Shown here: positions 19,623 to 28,612 of the stretch, in pieces
Layout of the letters: every line of letters starts with the position of its first letter
How positions within the stretch are numbered: the first letter of the stretch is position 1
DNA from: a virus
Strand: one strand, 5' to 3'
DNA: 64,000 bases
IMG/VR virus record: IMGVR_UViG_3300037502_003876
Coordinates: 1 to 64,000 of that record
The notes under the pieces: generated by a model
The model's input: only the letters and a program-made list of their open reading frames with translations
What the model was told of the DNA's origin: nothing
Database searches by the model: none
Made by a program: the position numbers and the translations under genes

Positions 19623-20053
19623 GCGCGGCCGACGTGCTCGGCGCGCTCGACCGCGTGCCGTTCGCCGCGTGGCTCGCGGTGGGCACGGCGCTCTCCTGCG
19701 CCAGCCTCCCTCCGGCCGCTCCGTCCGGGGACGTGGTGCGTGACCTGCGGGCGGCCGTCGCCCACGCGGAGGCCGGGCTGCCGCTGGCCCGGCTCGGCTG
19801 CCAGGCCATCCACCACGACGACGAGCGGGCCGCGTGCCTCGCCGTCGCCGCCCGGGTGGAGGCCGCCCTCGGCCCCGCCCGCGACGCGCTCGCCCGGGCC
19901 GACGCGTGCGCCGGGCAGGACGACGAACCGGCGTGCGTGGCGCTCGCCGTGGACGGCGCCAACGTCCTGCTCCGCGCGCTCCAGGGGCAACCGCTCCTGC
20001 CGGCCGCCTCCTCGACCCCGGCCCCCAGCGCCAGCGCCAGCCATGGCCCCTGA
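19619..20053 (+). CDS. Secreted or lipoprotein-like Cys-rich protein
   Basis: GTG start overlaps the upstream stop (GTGA). N-terminal hydrophobic segment ends in ...TALSCAS. Confidence 0.4.
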   Translation: MSAADVLGALDRVPFAAWLAVGTALSCASLPPAAPSGDVVRDLRAAVAHAEAGLPLARLGCQAIHHDDERAACLAVAARVEAALGPARDALARADACAGQDDEPACVALAVDGANVLLRALQGQPLLPAASSTPAPSASASHGP

Positions 20054-20228
20054 CGTGGCGGCCCGCGTGGCGGCGCTCGCCGTGGAGGTGTTCGAGGACG
20101 AGCACCCGCTGACCGCCGCCATGCGCCAGCGCCTCACCGACCGCATCACCGCCCGGCTCATGGTGGAGCCGGCGCCTGTCGTCTGGAGCCCGGAGGCTCC
20201 GACCCTCACCGACCCGAGGAGCCTGTGA
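20043..20228 (+). CDS. Hypothetical small protein
   Basis: In-frame ATG at the end of ORF 19740..20228. 61 aa. Tight packing. Confidence 0.35.
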   Translation: MAPDVAARVAALAVEVFEDEHPLTAAMRQRLTDRITARLMVEPAPVVWSPEAPTLTDPRSL

Positions 20229-20229
20229 C

Positions 20230-20646
20230 ATGGCCACTGCATTCCGACTGAGCACCGCCCTGCGCAACGCCGGGCTGGACGCGATCTTCACCAGCGCGCA
20301 GAACAGCGGCAAACTTCGAATTTATGACGGCACCCAGCCCGCCGGACCGGACACCGCCATCACCACGCAGACGCTCCTCGTGGAGCTGACGCTGAACGCC
20401 ACCGCGTGGGCGGCTGCCTCCTCCGGCAGCAAGCTGGCCAACGCCATCACCGGGGCGGCGGCCGTCGCCTCGGGGACCGCGACGTGGTTCCGCATCACCA
20501 ACGCCGCCGGCTCCACCGCCTACGCGGACGGCACCGTCGGCGCCACCGGCAGCACGAGCAACCTGGAGTTGCCCACCGCCACCATCACGGCCGGCGTCAC
20601 GGTCAACGTGACCAGCCTCACCCTCACCATCCCGTCCTCCTACTGA
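20230..20646 (+). CDS. Hypothetical protein (Thr/Ala-rich beta protein)
   Basis: 138-aa ORF that starts 2 nt after the upstream stop. Good GC3. Confidence 0.55.
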   Translation: MATAFRLSTALRNAGLDAIFTSAQNSGKLRIYDGTQPAGPDTAITTQTLLVELTLNATAWAAASSGSKLANAITGAAAVASGTATWFRITNAAGSTAYADGTVGATGSTSNLELPTATITAGVTVNVTSLTLTIPSSY

Positions 20647-20656
20647 GAGCCCACCC

Positions 20657-20860
20657 ATGACCATCACCCTGAGCGGCGGCCCCCACGGGGGCGAGGAGCA
20701 CACGTTCCCGGGCGACGCGCCGGGCACCACGCTGGACCTGCCGAGCGCGCGCGCCGGACGGGTCGAGCGGTACGAACTGCGCGAGGCCGTGGACGCCTAC
20801 GGCGAGCCTGTCGACGGCGAGCGCATGGCCATCTTCGTCGGCACGGTGCGGGTGCCCTGA
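20657..20860 (+). CDS. Hypothetical small protein
   Basis: 67-aa ORF, tightly packed. Confidence 0.45.
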   Translation: MTITLSGGPHGGEEHTFPGDAPGTTLDLPSARAGRVERYELREAVDAYGEPVDGERMAIFVGTVRVP

Positions 20861-20862
20861 CC

Positions 20863-21153
20863 ATGCCGGCCGGGACCACGACCGTCGACTTCGGCGCGCA
20901 CCCGGGGGCGACCGACGCCAGCGTCACCGTCACCGGGCAGACGGCCATCGCGTCCGGGTCGCTCGTGGAGGCGTGGCTGATGCCCACCTCCGCGACGGCG
21001 GACCACTCGACCGACGAGCACCTGATCGACGGCCCCCTCGTCATGGCCTGCGACCTGGTGGCGGGCACCGGCTTCACCATCCGCGCGCAGGCCCGCAACC
21101 CGGGCGCGCTCACCGGCACCTGGCGCGTCGGCTGGGTGTGGCACACGCCCTGA
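20863..21153 (+). CDS. Hypothetical protein
   Basis: 96-aa ORF, tightly packed. Confidence 0.45.
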   Translation: MPAGTTTVDFGAHPGATDASVTVTGQTAIASGSLVEAWLMPTSATADHSTDEHLIDGPLVMACDLVAGTGFTIRAQARNPGALTGTWRVGWVWHTP

Positions 21154-21261
21154 CCTGACCCCGGCGCCGCCTCCCCGACGAGGCCGCGCCGTCCCCCTCT
21201 CTCCCTGACCTGACAGCCGCCCGGCGCCCGTGCGTCGAGACCGCGGCGCGGAGCGCATTCC

Positions 21262-22725
21262 ATGGCCATCGAAGTCAAGAGCGGTTCGTCGTCCAACGTG
21301 ATGGACGTGGACGCCGACAAGCAGGCGAAGGTCGTCCTCAACAGCGACATGAGCAAGGCCGGGTACGCCCTGCTCGCGTGCCGCAACGACGAGGGCGTCC
21401 TCACCGGCGCCACGTACAACAAGAACCCGGAGGCGGACGCGGACTACCGGCTGCGCGTGGCCACGGAGAAGATCGACTTTCACGAGCCGTTTTCCGGCGC
21501 TGCCCTCAACTCGTCGCAGTGGTCCTCCACCGTCACCACCTTCGCCACGGCCGTCAGCGGCGCCTACCTGCGGCTCAACTCCGCGGCCAGCGCGGCGGCC
21601 AACGGCGTGGCGCGTGTCACGTCCTACCGGACGTTCAGCGTGTTCCAGCCGTTCCCGCTGTACCTGGACTTCCCGATCCAGATCAACGCGGCCAGCGTCG
21701 GCATTGCGAACACGGTCTGGGAGGTGGGCCTGTTCTTCGCCACGGGCACGACGGCGCCGACGGACGGGGTGTTCGTCCGGATGAACGCAGCCGGCGAACT
21801 CCGGCTGGTGTGCTCGTTCGGCGGATCGGAGACGACCTCCGCGACCATCAACTACAACGCGCTGATCGACGGCGTGAACCAACTGCTCGACGTCAACGTC
21901 GACCGACACATCGTCCTCGGCATCACCGCTCACGACATCGAACTGTGGATCGACGACGTGCTGGTGGCGGAGCTGGAGCAGCCGGCCGGCATCCCGTCCT
22001 TCGCGCAGTCGCAGGCGCTGCCGATCAGTTACCGGATCTACAACGGCGCCGTGGCCCCCGCCTCGGCCACCACGCTGCTGGTGGGCCCGGTGACTGTCAG
22101 CACGTCCGGCATCGCCAACGGGCAGACGTACCCGGACGCGATGGCGCTGAGCGGGTTCGGCGCCTACCAGGGACAGAGCGGCGGCACGCTGGGGCAGACG
22201 CTCAACTGGACCAACTCGACCGAGCCGGTCAACGCCACGCTCTCGAACACGGCCGCCGGCTACACGACGCTCGGCGGGCAATGGTCATTCGCCGCGCCGG
22301 CCGGGGCGGTGACGGACTTCCTGCTGTTCGGGTACACGGTGCCGGCTGCTGCCGCCGGGTCGTTCAACCGCACCCTGCTCGTGAAGGGCGTGCGCATCGA
22401 CGCGGTGAACGTCGGCGCCGCGGTCGCTACCACGGCCACGGTGCTGCAATGGGCGGTGAGCGTCGGGGCCACGGCGGCGTCGCTGGCCACGACCGAGAGC
22501 GCCACGGCGAAGGCGCACCGGCGCGTGGCGCTCGGCGTCCAGTCCTGGATCGTCGGCGCCGCCATCGGAGCGCCGGCCGAGTCGATCTGGCTGGACTGCT
22601 CCCAGGCGCCGCTGATGGCCGAGCCGGGCACCATCATCGGCATCATCGTGCGCGTCCCCATCGGCACGGCCACCGCGTCGCAGGTGATCCGCGGGACGTG
22701 CGCGATCATCGGCCACTACGTCTGA
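21262..22725 (+). CDS. Hypothetical large beta-rich protein (virion-associated or host-recognition candidate)
   Basis: 487-aa ORF preceded by a 108-nt spacer carrying a duplicated ccctgacctgac 12-mer. Confidence 0.55.
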   Translation: MAIEVKSGSSSNVMDVDADKQAKVVLNSDMSKAGYALLACRNDEGVLTGATYNKNPEADADYRLRVATEKIDFHEPFSGAALNSSQWSSTVTTFATAVSGAYLRLNSAASAAANGVARVTSYRTFSVFQPFPLYLDFPIQINAASVGIANTVWEVGLFFATGTTAPTDGVFVRMNAAGELRLVCSFGGSETTSATINYNALIDGVNQLLDVNVDRHIVLGITAHDIELWIDDVLVAELEQPAGIPSFAQSQALPISYRIYNGAVAPASATTLLVGPVTVSTSGIANGQTYPDAMALSGFGAYQGQSGGTLGQTLNWTNSTEPVNATLSNTAAGYTTLGGQWSFAAPAGAVTDFLLFGYTVPAAAAGSFNRTLLVKGVRIDAVNVGAAVATTATVLQWAVSVGATAASLATTESATAKAHRRVALGVQSWIVGAAIGAPAESIWLDCSQAPLMAEPGTIIGIIVRVPIGTATASQVIRGTCAIIGHYV

Positions 22726-22742
22726 CCCGCGCGCCCTGACCC

Positions 22743-23900
22743 ATGAGCCTCCTTCTCGCGCTAGAGACCCCGGCCACGCTGGACGGCACGGCCTCCGGGT
22801 CGGTGCCGGTCGGCGCGGTCGCCGTCGGCACGCTGACGCTGGCCGCCGTCGTCGTGGCCGGCGTGGCGGTCGGCGCCACGTCCGCCGGCACGCTGTCCCT
22901 CTCGGGCACGGCGGCCGGGTCGGTCGTCGTCGGCGCCACGTCCGCCGGTGGCCTGTCGCTCGCCGGGGCGGCGGTCGGCGGGGTGCCCGTCGGCGGCGCG
23001 TCGTCCGGCGGGCTGAGCCTGTCCGGCGCGGCGTCCGGCGGCGTGGCCGTGGGCGCCTCCTCCACGGGGACGCTGACGCTGGCCGGCGTCGGGGCGTGCG
23101 GCGTGGCCGTCGGCTGCGCGGCGCCCGCGTCGATGACCCTGGCCGGGGTCGGGGTCGGGGGCGTGCCGGTCGGCGCGTCCGCCCCCGCGGCGATGGCCAT
23201 GGCGGGCACGGCCTCCGGCGCCGTCGTCGTCGGGGCCACCACGCCCGGCACGCTGACGCTCGCCGGGGCGGCCTCCGGGTCGCTCCCGGTCGGGGCCACC
23301 AGCGCCGCCACCCTGAGCCTGACCGGCGTCGCCGTGTGCGCCGTGCCGGTCGGCGCGTCGGCCGCCGGTGACCTCACGCTGGCCGGCGCCTGCACCGGCG
23401 GCGTCCCCGTCGGCTGCGAGGCGACCGGCGCCTACGCGCTCCCGTTCCCGGTGGGCGCCCGCACGGCGGCCACCACCGTCCGCACCCGCACCCTGTCCGC
23501 GGCCGTGGTCACCACGACCGCCACGCTCACCACCCGCACCCGCACGGAGGCACGCGCCGTGTCTGCCACCTACGTCAAGCGCGTCGACGACACCCTGCCC
23601 ACCTTCGGCGCGACGCTCACGCTCAACGGCGCCGCCTACGACCTCAACGACCCGCTCAACGGGGTCGCGTCGGCCGAGCTGCGCTACCGGCTCCGCGGCG
23701 CCTCCACCTGGACCACCCGCGCGGTGACCGTGCACCCGACCACCACCGGGCTCGTGACCTACACCTGGCAGGCCGGGGAGCCGGCCGAGGCGGGCGTGTA
23801 CGAGTACGTCGTCACGCTGACCTACGTGAGCGCGGACCGGCTCTCGTTCCCGAACGGGGACGGGTACGCGACCTTCACCGTGACGGCGGGGTCGTCGTGA
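22743..23900 (+). CDS. Repeat protein: about ten tandem 20-aa Gly/Ala/Val repeats plus an Ig-like C-terminal domain
   Basis: GTLTLAAVVVAGVAVGATSA / GTLSLSGTAAGSVVVGATSA / GGLSLAGAAVGGVPVGGASS and so on, with a 60-nt period. The C-terminal ~130 aa is non-repetitive beta sequence. Confidence 0.65.
   Translation: MSLLLALETPATLDGTASGSVPVGAVAVGTLTLAAVVVAGVAVGATSAGTLSLSGTAAGSVVVGATSAGGLSLAGAAVGGVPVGGASSGGLSLSGAASGGVAVGASSTGTLTLAGVGACGVAVGCAAPASMTLAGVGVGGVPVGASAPAAMAMAGTASGAVVVGATTPGTLTLAGAASGSLPVGATSAATLSLTGVAVCAVPVGASAAGDLTLAGACTGGVPVGCEATGAYALPFPVGARTAATTVRTRTLSAAVVTTTATLTTRTRTEARAVSATYVKRVDDTLPTFGATLTLNGAAYDLNDPLNGVASAELRYRLRGASTWTTRAVTVHPTTTGLVTYTWQAGEPAEAGVYEYVVTLTYVSADRLSFPNGDGYATFTVTAGSS
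22800..23430 (+). repeat. 60-bp tandem repeat array (about 10 copies, in frame) within CDS 22743..23900
   Basis: Periodic ...ggcacgctgac/tc(g/c)ctg(g/t)c(c/g)gg... The antisense ORF track also shows periodic translation. Confidence 0.7.
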
Positions 23901-24079
23901 CGCTGAGCAACGCCCGGGACCGGGAGATGGCCATGATCGTGTGGGTCATCGTCGCCGGGGTGCTGCTGTGGCTCGGCTCCTGCGGGCTGGCGGCGACGCG
24001 CGTGCCGGAGGGCGACGAGTCGGACGACCCGGCGAGCGCGGCCAGCACGCACGCGGCGGCGTGGTGGCGGGCGCGGTGA
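23897..24079 (+). CDS. Small single-pass membrane protein
   Basis: GTG overlaps the upstream stop. Transmembrane segment MIVWVIVAGVLLWLGSCGLAA. Confidence 0.4.
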   Translation: MTLSNARDREMAMIVWVIVAGVLLWLGSCGLAATRVPEGDESDDPASAASTHAAAWWRAR

Positions 24080-24164
24080 CCCCTCGCCCGGCTGCTTTAC
24101 ATCTTCACGGACCGAGCGCCCGGTGGCGCCCGGTCGTCTCCTGTCCGTTCACCAAGGAGCCAGC

Positions 24165-24986
24165 ATGGCGACTGTTCACAAGTCCACCGTATCCGTCGGT
24201 CCCGTCACCACCACGCCGACCGACACCCGGCAGAACCTCACCGTCAACGGCTGGCGCCTGTGCGTCTTCTCGACGGACACCGGCGAGCCGCGCATCCGTG
24301 ACCTCGACCTGGCCGAGCGGCTTGGGTACAAGAAGACTCACAACATCCGCGACCTGATCGAGCGGCTCGTCGCAGAGGGCAAATTGTCCGGCGTTCAAAC
24401 GTTCCGCACCGTGCGGAACGTTGCCCGGCAGGGGCGCGGCGAGGTCAAGATCGAAGGTCTTGAGTACTGGCTCACGGAAGCGCAGGCCCTCAAGGTCGTC
24501 GCCAAGAGTGGGACCGACATCGCCGACACGATCCTCGACGAGATGATCGAGGTGTTCCGCCTGGCCATCCGCGGGCTCCTGTCGCCGGAGCGCGCCGGCT
24601 CGGCCGACGACCGGCTGGCCCGGTTCCTCCTGGCCGAGCGGCAGAACATCGCGCGGTTCCTGGACGACGATCTCATCTTCGAGGTGTGCCGGATCTACGG
24701 GTACGGGCACCACCCGGGCAACCCGCCCCCGCAGTTCTTCCGCATGGTGGCCGAGCGGTTCTACGCGCTCCTCTTCGGCAAGGAGGTGCACGACGAGATG
24801 CGCCGGTGCGCAGGCCAGCGGAAGTACTACCAGTTCCTCACCGACAACGCGCAGCGCATGGCCCAGCGTGACCTCGACATCCTGCTGACGCTGGCCCGCC
24901 AGTGCTTCAGCCCGGACGAGTTCTGGATGCGCGTGGAAGCCCACTTCAAGGAGCAGCCTCTCCAGGGCTCGTTGCTCCTGTCCTGA
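24165..24986 (+). CDS. DNA-binding or antirepressor-like protein (tentative) on a lower-GC island
   Basis: ATG at 24165 preceded by aaggag. Locally lower GC. ...DLAERLGYKKTHNIRDLIERL... resembles phage antirepressor/Bro-type proteins. Weak call. Confidence 0.4.
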   Translation: MATVHKSTVSVGPVTTTPTDTRQNLTVNGWRLCVFSTDTGEPRIRDLDLAERLGYKKTHNIRDLIERLVAEGKLSGVQTFRTVRNVARQGRGEVKIEGLEYWLTEAQALKVVAKSGTDIADTILDEMIEVFRLAIRGLLSPERAGSADDRLARFLLAERQNIARFLDDDLIFEVCRIYGYGHHPGNPPPQFFRMVAERFYALLFGKEVHDEMRRCAGQRKYYQFLTDNAQRMAQRDLDILLTLARQCFSPDEFWMRVEAHFKEQPLQGSLLLS

Positions 24987-25010
24987 CACGGCGCGCAAGG
25001 TGGCCATTCA

Positions 25011-25078
25011 CAACGATGATCGTTGCAGTTGCCCACGGCCCATGGGCGAGCCGAGAGCAGTTGCAACCATCATGGTTG
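25011..25078. promoter_or_regulatory. Pair of 15-bp palindromes forming a 22-bp imperfect inverted repeat
   Basis: caacgatgatcgttg (25011-25025) and caaccatcatggttg (25064-25078), each abutting gcagttgc (25025-32 and 25057-64). Confidence 0.5.
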
Positions 25079-25310
25079 TAACTGGTCCCGACGCGGAAGC
25101 CGACGACGAGACACCTGCGCCCGGCGAGGCAGATTGACGCCATGCCAAGGACCGTCGCCATCCTCACCCACAAGACCATCCACCTGTGTCATCAAGGCGG
25201 TTGCTGAAGACGGCAAGCCGCACGAGATGCTGGCCGTCCACCTCGACTCGCTGCCGCTCCCGCTGGCGAAGGCGAACTGACCCCTGCGCCCGGTGAGGCA
25301 GAGTGACGCC

Positions 25311-25538
25311 ATGACCACCCGCGCCCAGCGCATCCAGAAGCGCCGCCGTAGCCGTCTCCGGTCCGTCGCCCGGACGCTTCACCGCCGGCTCTACCAGGAC
25401 GACTCCGCCATCGCGCTGCCCATGCTGGCGGACGCGGCGCCCACGTCTCCGCCGGGACACCTGCGTGGTGGCCGGGAGACCAGAGGTACTGACGCCATGC
25501 CTGATGACAAGCCTGCTGTCCTCACGGAGACCCCATGA
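25311..25538 (+). CDS. Hypothetical basic small protein
   Basis: ATG lies 33 nt downstream of a TGACCCC promoter-like motif. ATGA overlap with the next gene. Confidence 0.4.
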   Translation: MTTRAQRIQKRRRSRLRSVARTLHRRLYQDDSAIALPMLADAAPTSPPGHLRGGRETRGTDAMPDDKPAVLTETP

Positions 25539-26146
25539 CCGGAGCCTATTTCCTCGACTCTCTCCAGCGCCGTGAGCACGCCGTCGCCCTGGCGCTCCAC
25601 GCGGTCCGCGGCGTCCTCGGGCGCGACGTGGGCGACCCCGTGCACGAGGAGGTGACCGAAGGCCGGCGCCGCGAGTGGGAGGCGGCGCTGCGGGCGGGCG
25701 CCGCGTGGGCCGTGGCGATGAAGGCCGGCTACCACTCCTGCGGCGACCTCGTGGCGTGGATGCTCCACCGCCTCGGGTGCCGGGACGAGGCGCTGGTCAA
25801 CCGCACCGACGACGGTGGCCTGCGGGCGTGGCAGCCGGGCCGGAACCTGACGAACATCGCCGGCAGCCGGTACTACGCGGCGCACACGACGGCGGACGTG
25901 CCGCAGCCGGGGGACGTGCTGTTCCTGCTGAAGAACGGCGGCCACCTCGGCGTGCTGATCGAGTGGGACGGCGCCGCGGGCGTGGCCATCACCGCGGACT
26001 ACGGCCAGCCCTACGGCCGGCGGCGGTCGCGGCGGATCGGGCGGCGCGACGGGCGCTGGACGCTCGACGGGTCGACGCTCCACGGGTGGCTGGACCTGGA
26101 CGCGGTGCCGCTGGACGGGCCGCTCGACCTGACGGGGGTGGCGTGA
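25535..26146 (+). CDS. NlpC/P60- or CHAP-like cysteine peptidase (endolysin candidate)
   Basis: Cys motif GYHSCGDLVAWML followed by PGDVLFLLKNGGHLGVLIE (His), the order typical of papain-fold cell-wall amidases. Confidence 0.5.
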   Translation: MTGAYFLDSLQRREHAVALALHAVRGVLGRDVGDPVHEEVTEGRRREWEAALRAGAAWAVAMKAGYHSCGDLVAWMLHRLGCRDEALVNRTDDGGLRAWQPGRNLTNIAGSRYYAAHTTADVPQPGDVLFLLKNGGHLGVLIEWDGAAGVAITADYGQPYGRRRSRRIGRRDGRWTLDGSTLHGWLDLDAVPLDGPLDLTGVA

Positions 26147-26388
26147 TGGCCGCTCCGGGTGGGCTGCCGGTCCCGCACCGGCTCGTGGACGCCTGCGCCC
26201 GGGCGTGGCTGGCGCTGCTGTGCGAGGCGAGGCGGGACTACCGCTGGCACACGTCGGACGTGCGCACGGCGCGGCCGCCGACGATGGGGCTGGCGCTGGC
26301 GAAGGAGCTGCTCCGGCGGGGTGAGGAGGCGGTGCGCCCGCTCCACCTGGACGCGGTGCTGGACGCGCACGAGGCCGAGCATGGCTGA
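26146..26388 (+). CDS. Hypothetical protein
   Basis: ATG overlaps the upstream stop (TGATG). 80 aa. Confidence 0.4.
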   Translation: MAAPGGLPVPHRLVDACARAWLALLCEARRDYRWHTSDVRTARPPTMGLALAKELLRRGEEAVRPLHLDAVLDAHEAEHG

Positions 26389-26935
26389 CCCCAACGCTAT
26401 GACATTCGAGTGCGACTGCGGCGGTACCGTCGAGCGGTTCGCCCGGGCCGGGCGCGTGTACACGATCCACTGGACGGGGCTGCGCTACGAGGTGCCCGAT
26501 AACCTTGCGCTGCTAGCGTGCCGCGTGTGCGGGGACCTGTGGACGGACGGCGCCGACCTGGAGGAGTTGGAGCAACTGGCCCGGGTCGCGTGGATCGAGC
26601 AGGTCACGGCCCTGGTCCGGGCAGAGCGCGGGCGCGCAGAGAACGCCCTGGCGGACGCGTGGGAGGCCACGGCCGCGCTACTGCCGGCGCTGTGGGACGC
26701 GGGCATCCGGGCCGAGTTTAGCGTGTCAGCGCACTCAACGGGCGGGGCCGTGGTCGTGCTGCGATCCGCCCGCAGGCACGTCCCTCGCAAGGTGGTGCTC
26801 TGGATCATGGGGTCCACGGTGGTCGCGTCGATGCTCTGCCAGGATGCGCACGTCACCGCGGACGCGCCGGTGGAGGACACGGCCCCGCTGCTGGCCAAGG
26901 TGCGCGCGTTCCTACAGGGAGACGAACATGGCTGA
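26381..26935 (+). CDS. Zinc-finger protein (YgiT/MqsA-type finger at the N-terminus, tentative)
   Basis: FECDCGG...(29 aa)...CRVCGD pattern. ATGGCTGA overlap with the upstream stop. Confidence 0.45.
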   Translation: MADPNAMTFECDCGGTVERFARAGRVYTIHWTGLRYEVPDNLALLACRVCGDLWTDGADLEELEQLARVAWIEQVTALVRAERGRAENALADAWEATAALLPALWDAGIRAEFSVSAHSTGGAVVVLRSARRHVPRKVVLWIMGSTVVASMLCQDAHVTADAPVEDTAPLLAKVRAFLQGDEHG

Positions 26936-27113
26936 CCCCGACGCCTGCGCGCCGCAGCCCTACACGCGCCTCGTGCTGTCGCTGATGGTCTACGAGGCGG
27001 CGCTCCACAACGACTGCGGCGACCCTCTCGACCTGGACTGCGACTGGCCCTCGCCGCCGGGCTACGAGTGCGGCCCACGGTGGTTGCCGCGGAGGATCTA
27101 CGATGACGCTTGA
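26928..27113 (+). CDS. Hypothetical small protein
   Basis: In-frame ATG in the same ATGGCTGA overlap context as 26381. Confidence 0.35.
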   Translation: MADPDACAPQPYTRLVLSLMVYEAALHNDCGDPLDLDCDWPSPPGYECGPRWLPRRIYDDA

Positions 27114-27870
27114 CCCCTCGATCCGGGCCCGGTGGATCGCCGACAACAAGCCGCTGGAAGGCGCCATCCCGTGGCCGTACCTGTGCACCAGCCGCGTGTT
27201 CACCTTCGCCCACGGCGTCACCGCCACGACCCGCGCGCAGGCCCACGGCTACCGGTGGGTACGGCGCGGGACCACCGACCCGGCGACGCCCGCCGAGGTG
27301 GATGCCGCGTGGGACGCGCTCATGCTGGCGCCGGCCGAGGTGCGGGAGCGCATCGCGCAGCTCGGGGCAGGGGAGGCGCGCCGGCATGTGCAGATCGAGC
27401 TACCGCCGGCCGAGGTGGAGCGCGCGACGCTGACCCGCTACGACGCGACGGCGGCGGACCTGCTCCGGCGCTACCCGGCGCTGTCGTCCTGGCCGGTGGA
27501 GGTGCAGACCGTGTGCATGTCGATTGCGTGGGCGGCCGGCTCGGCGTCGCCGTACCCGCGCATGTACGCGGCGCTCCACCGGCACGACTGGCGCACGGCG
27601 CGGGCCGAGTGCCTGCTGCGTGTGGTCCGGGCGGACGGCACGCGCAACAAGGGGCTGGTGGCGCGCAACGACTGGCACCTGCGCCTGTTCGACCGGCTCC
27701 TCGCGCGGGAGGAGGCGGACGCCCCGACCCTGCCCCCGGCCCCGGACGCGCCGCCGTCGGACACGGAGCCGATGACCGACGCCATGCGGAGCGAGGTGCT
27801 GGGGCTGGTGGCGGCCACGCTCGACCAGTCCGCCCGCGACGCGCTCGCCGAAGGGTACCGGCGCCGGTAG
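27103..27870 (+). CDS. Lysozyme-like (GH24-type) protein, endolysin candidate
   Basis: PLEGAIPWPYLCTSRVFTFAHGVT resembles the E...Y.D..G..T.G.G core of phage lysozymes. Later ALHRHDWRTARAE...RNKGLVARNDWHLRLF also fits. Confidence 0.5.
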   Translation: MTLDPSIRARWIADNKPLEGAIPWPYLCTSRVFTFAHGVTATTRAQAHGYRWVRRGTTDPATPAEVDAAWDALMLAPAEVRERIAQLGAGEARRHVQIELPPAEVERATLTRYDATAADLLRRYPALSSWPVEVQTVCMSIAWAAGSASPYPRMYAALHRHDWRTARAECLLRVVRADGTRNKGLVARNDWHLRLFDRLLAREEADAPTLPPAPDAPPSDTEPMTDAMRSEVLGLVAATLDQSARDALAEGYRRR

Positions 27871-27896
27871 CCCTGACCTACAACCTCTGTTCCGTG

Positions 27897-27940
27897 CCAC
27901 GGCCCGTGGGGATTCGTCCTCGCGGGCCGCTGGTCTTTTG
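27897..27940 (+). terminator. Intrinsic terminator
   Basis: Stem ccacggcccg / cgggccg(c)tgg followed by tcttttg. Confidence 0.6.
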
Positions 27941-27982
27941 TGCGCCCGGTGACCCCTCGCCACGGCGGGCGAGGATGGCGGG

Positions 27983-28612
27983 ATGAACCCCATCCCCCTG
28001 CGCCACGGACGGCGCATCTACGCCTACGCCTGCGGCCGGTGCCACACGCCCGGCGACAAGGGCGCCGAGTGCTGGACCTACGACCCGGCGGACCGCGACG
28101 CAGCGCAGCGCCGCTGGGCGGACCTCAGCCGGCACAGCGCCGAGCGGTGCTGCCGCTGCTCGGCCTGCGGCGAGGTGCTGCCCGAGGGCCGGCGGTGCGG
28201 CGACTGCCCCGCGTGCGAGGCGAAGCGCCGCGCGCTCGTGGAGGAGCACCGGGCCGCCGCGCATCGCCTGGACGTGTGCATCGCCGAGGCGCGCGGGGCC
28301 CGGAGCGGGGAGGCGGCGCTGCGGCTACGCGAGGCCATCACCCGGTACGCGACGGACTACCGCGACGACTACGAGGAGGAGGGCGACTGGCCGGAGACGC
28401 TGGCCTTCGACCTGTGGCGGGACGCGAGCGGCGGCGGTCACCCGGCCCTCGACGCGTTCGCCGCGCTGGCCCGGGAGGCGGGCGGGTGGTGGTGCCGGCG
28501 CCGCGGGGAGCACGACCCGGCGTTCTTCCCCACCAGCGAATGGCTGGCGATGGTCGCCGCGGAGTCTCGTGGACCGGACCCCTCGGCCGGTGGTGGCAAG
28601 GTGACGGGATGA
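27983..28612 (+). CDS. Cys-rich (multi-CxxC) hypothetical protein
   Basis: ATG lies 33 nt after the TGACCCC motif. CGRC, CCRCSAC, CGDCPAC. Confidence 0.5.
   Translation: MNPIPLRHGRRIYAYACGRCHTPGDKGAECWTYDPADRDAAQRRWADLSRHSAERCCRCSACGEVLPEGRRCGDCPACEAKRRALVEEHRAAAHRLDVCIAEARGARSGEAALRLREAITRYATDYRDDYEEEGDWPETLAFDLWRDASGGGHPALDAFAALAREAGGWWCRRRGEHDPAFFPTSEWLAMVAAESRGPDPSAGGGKVTG

Noticed and set aside
20230-23900. A diversity-generating retroelement or retron near the repeat-containing and Ig-domain genes.
   Set aside because: No reverse-transcriptase-like ORF and no template/variable repeat pair was seen anywhere in the window.
26381-26945. The repeated start context catggctgacccc(a/g)acgc (MADPNA / MADPDA) at 26381 and 26928, considered as a mobile or regulatory repeat.
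   Set aside because: Only about 18 nt are shared, and both are ordinary ATG/TGA overlap junctions. The similarity is most simply a shared overlap context or weak paralogy.
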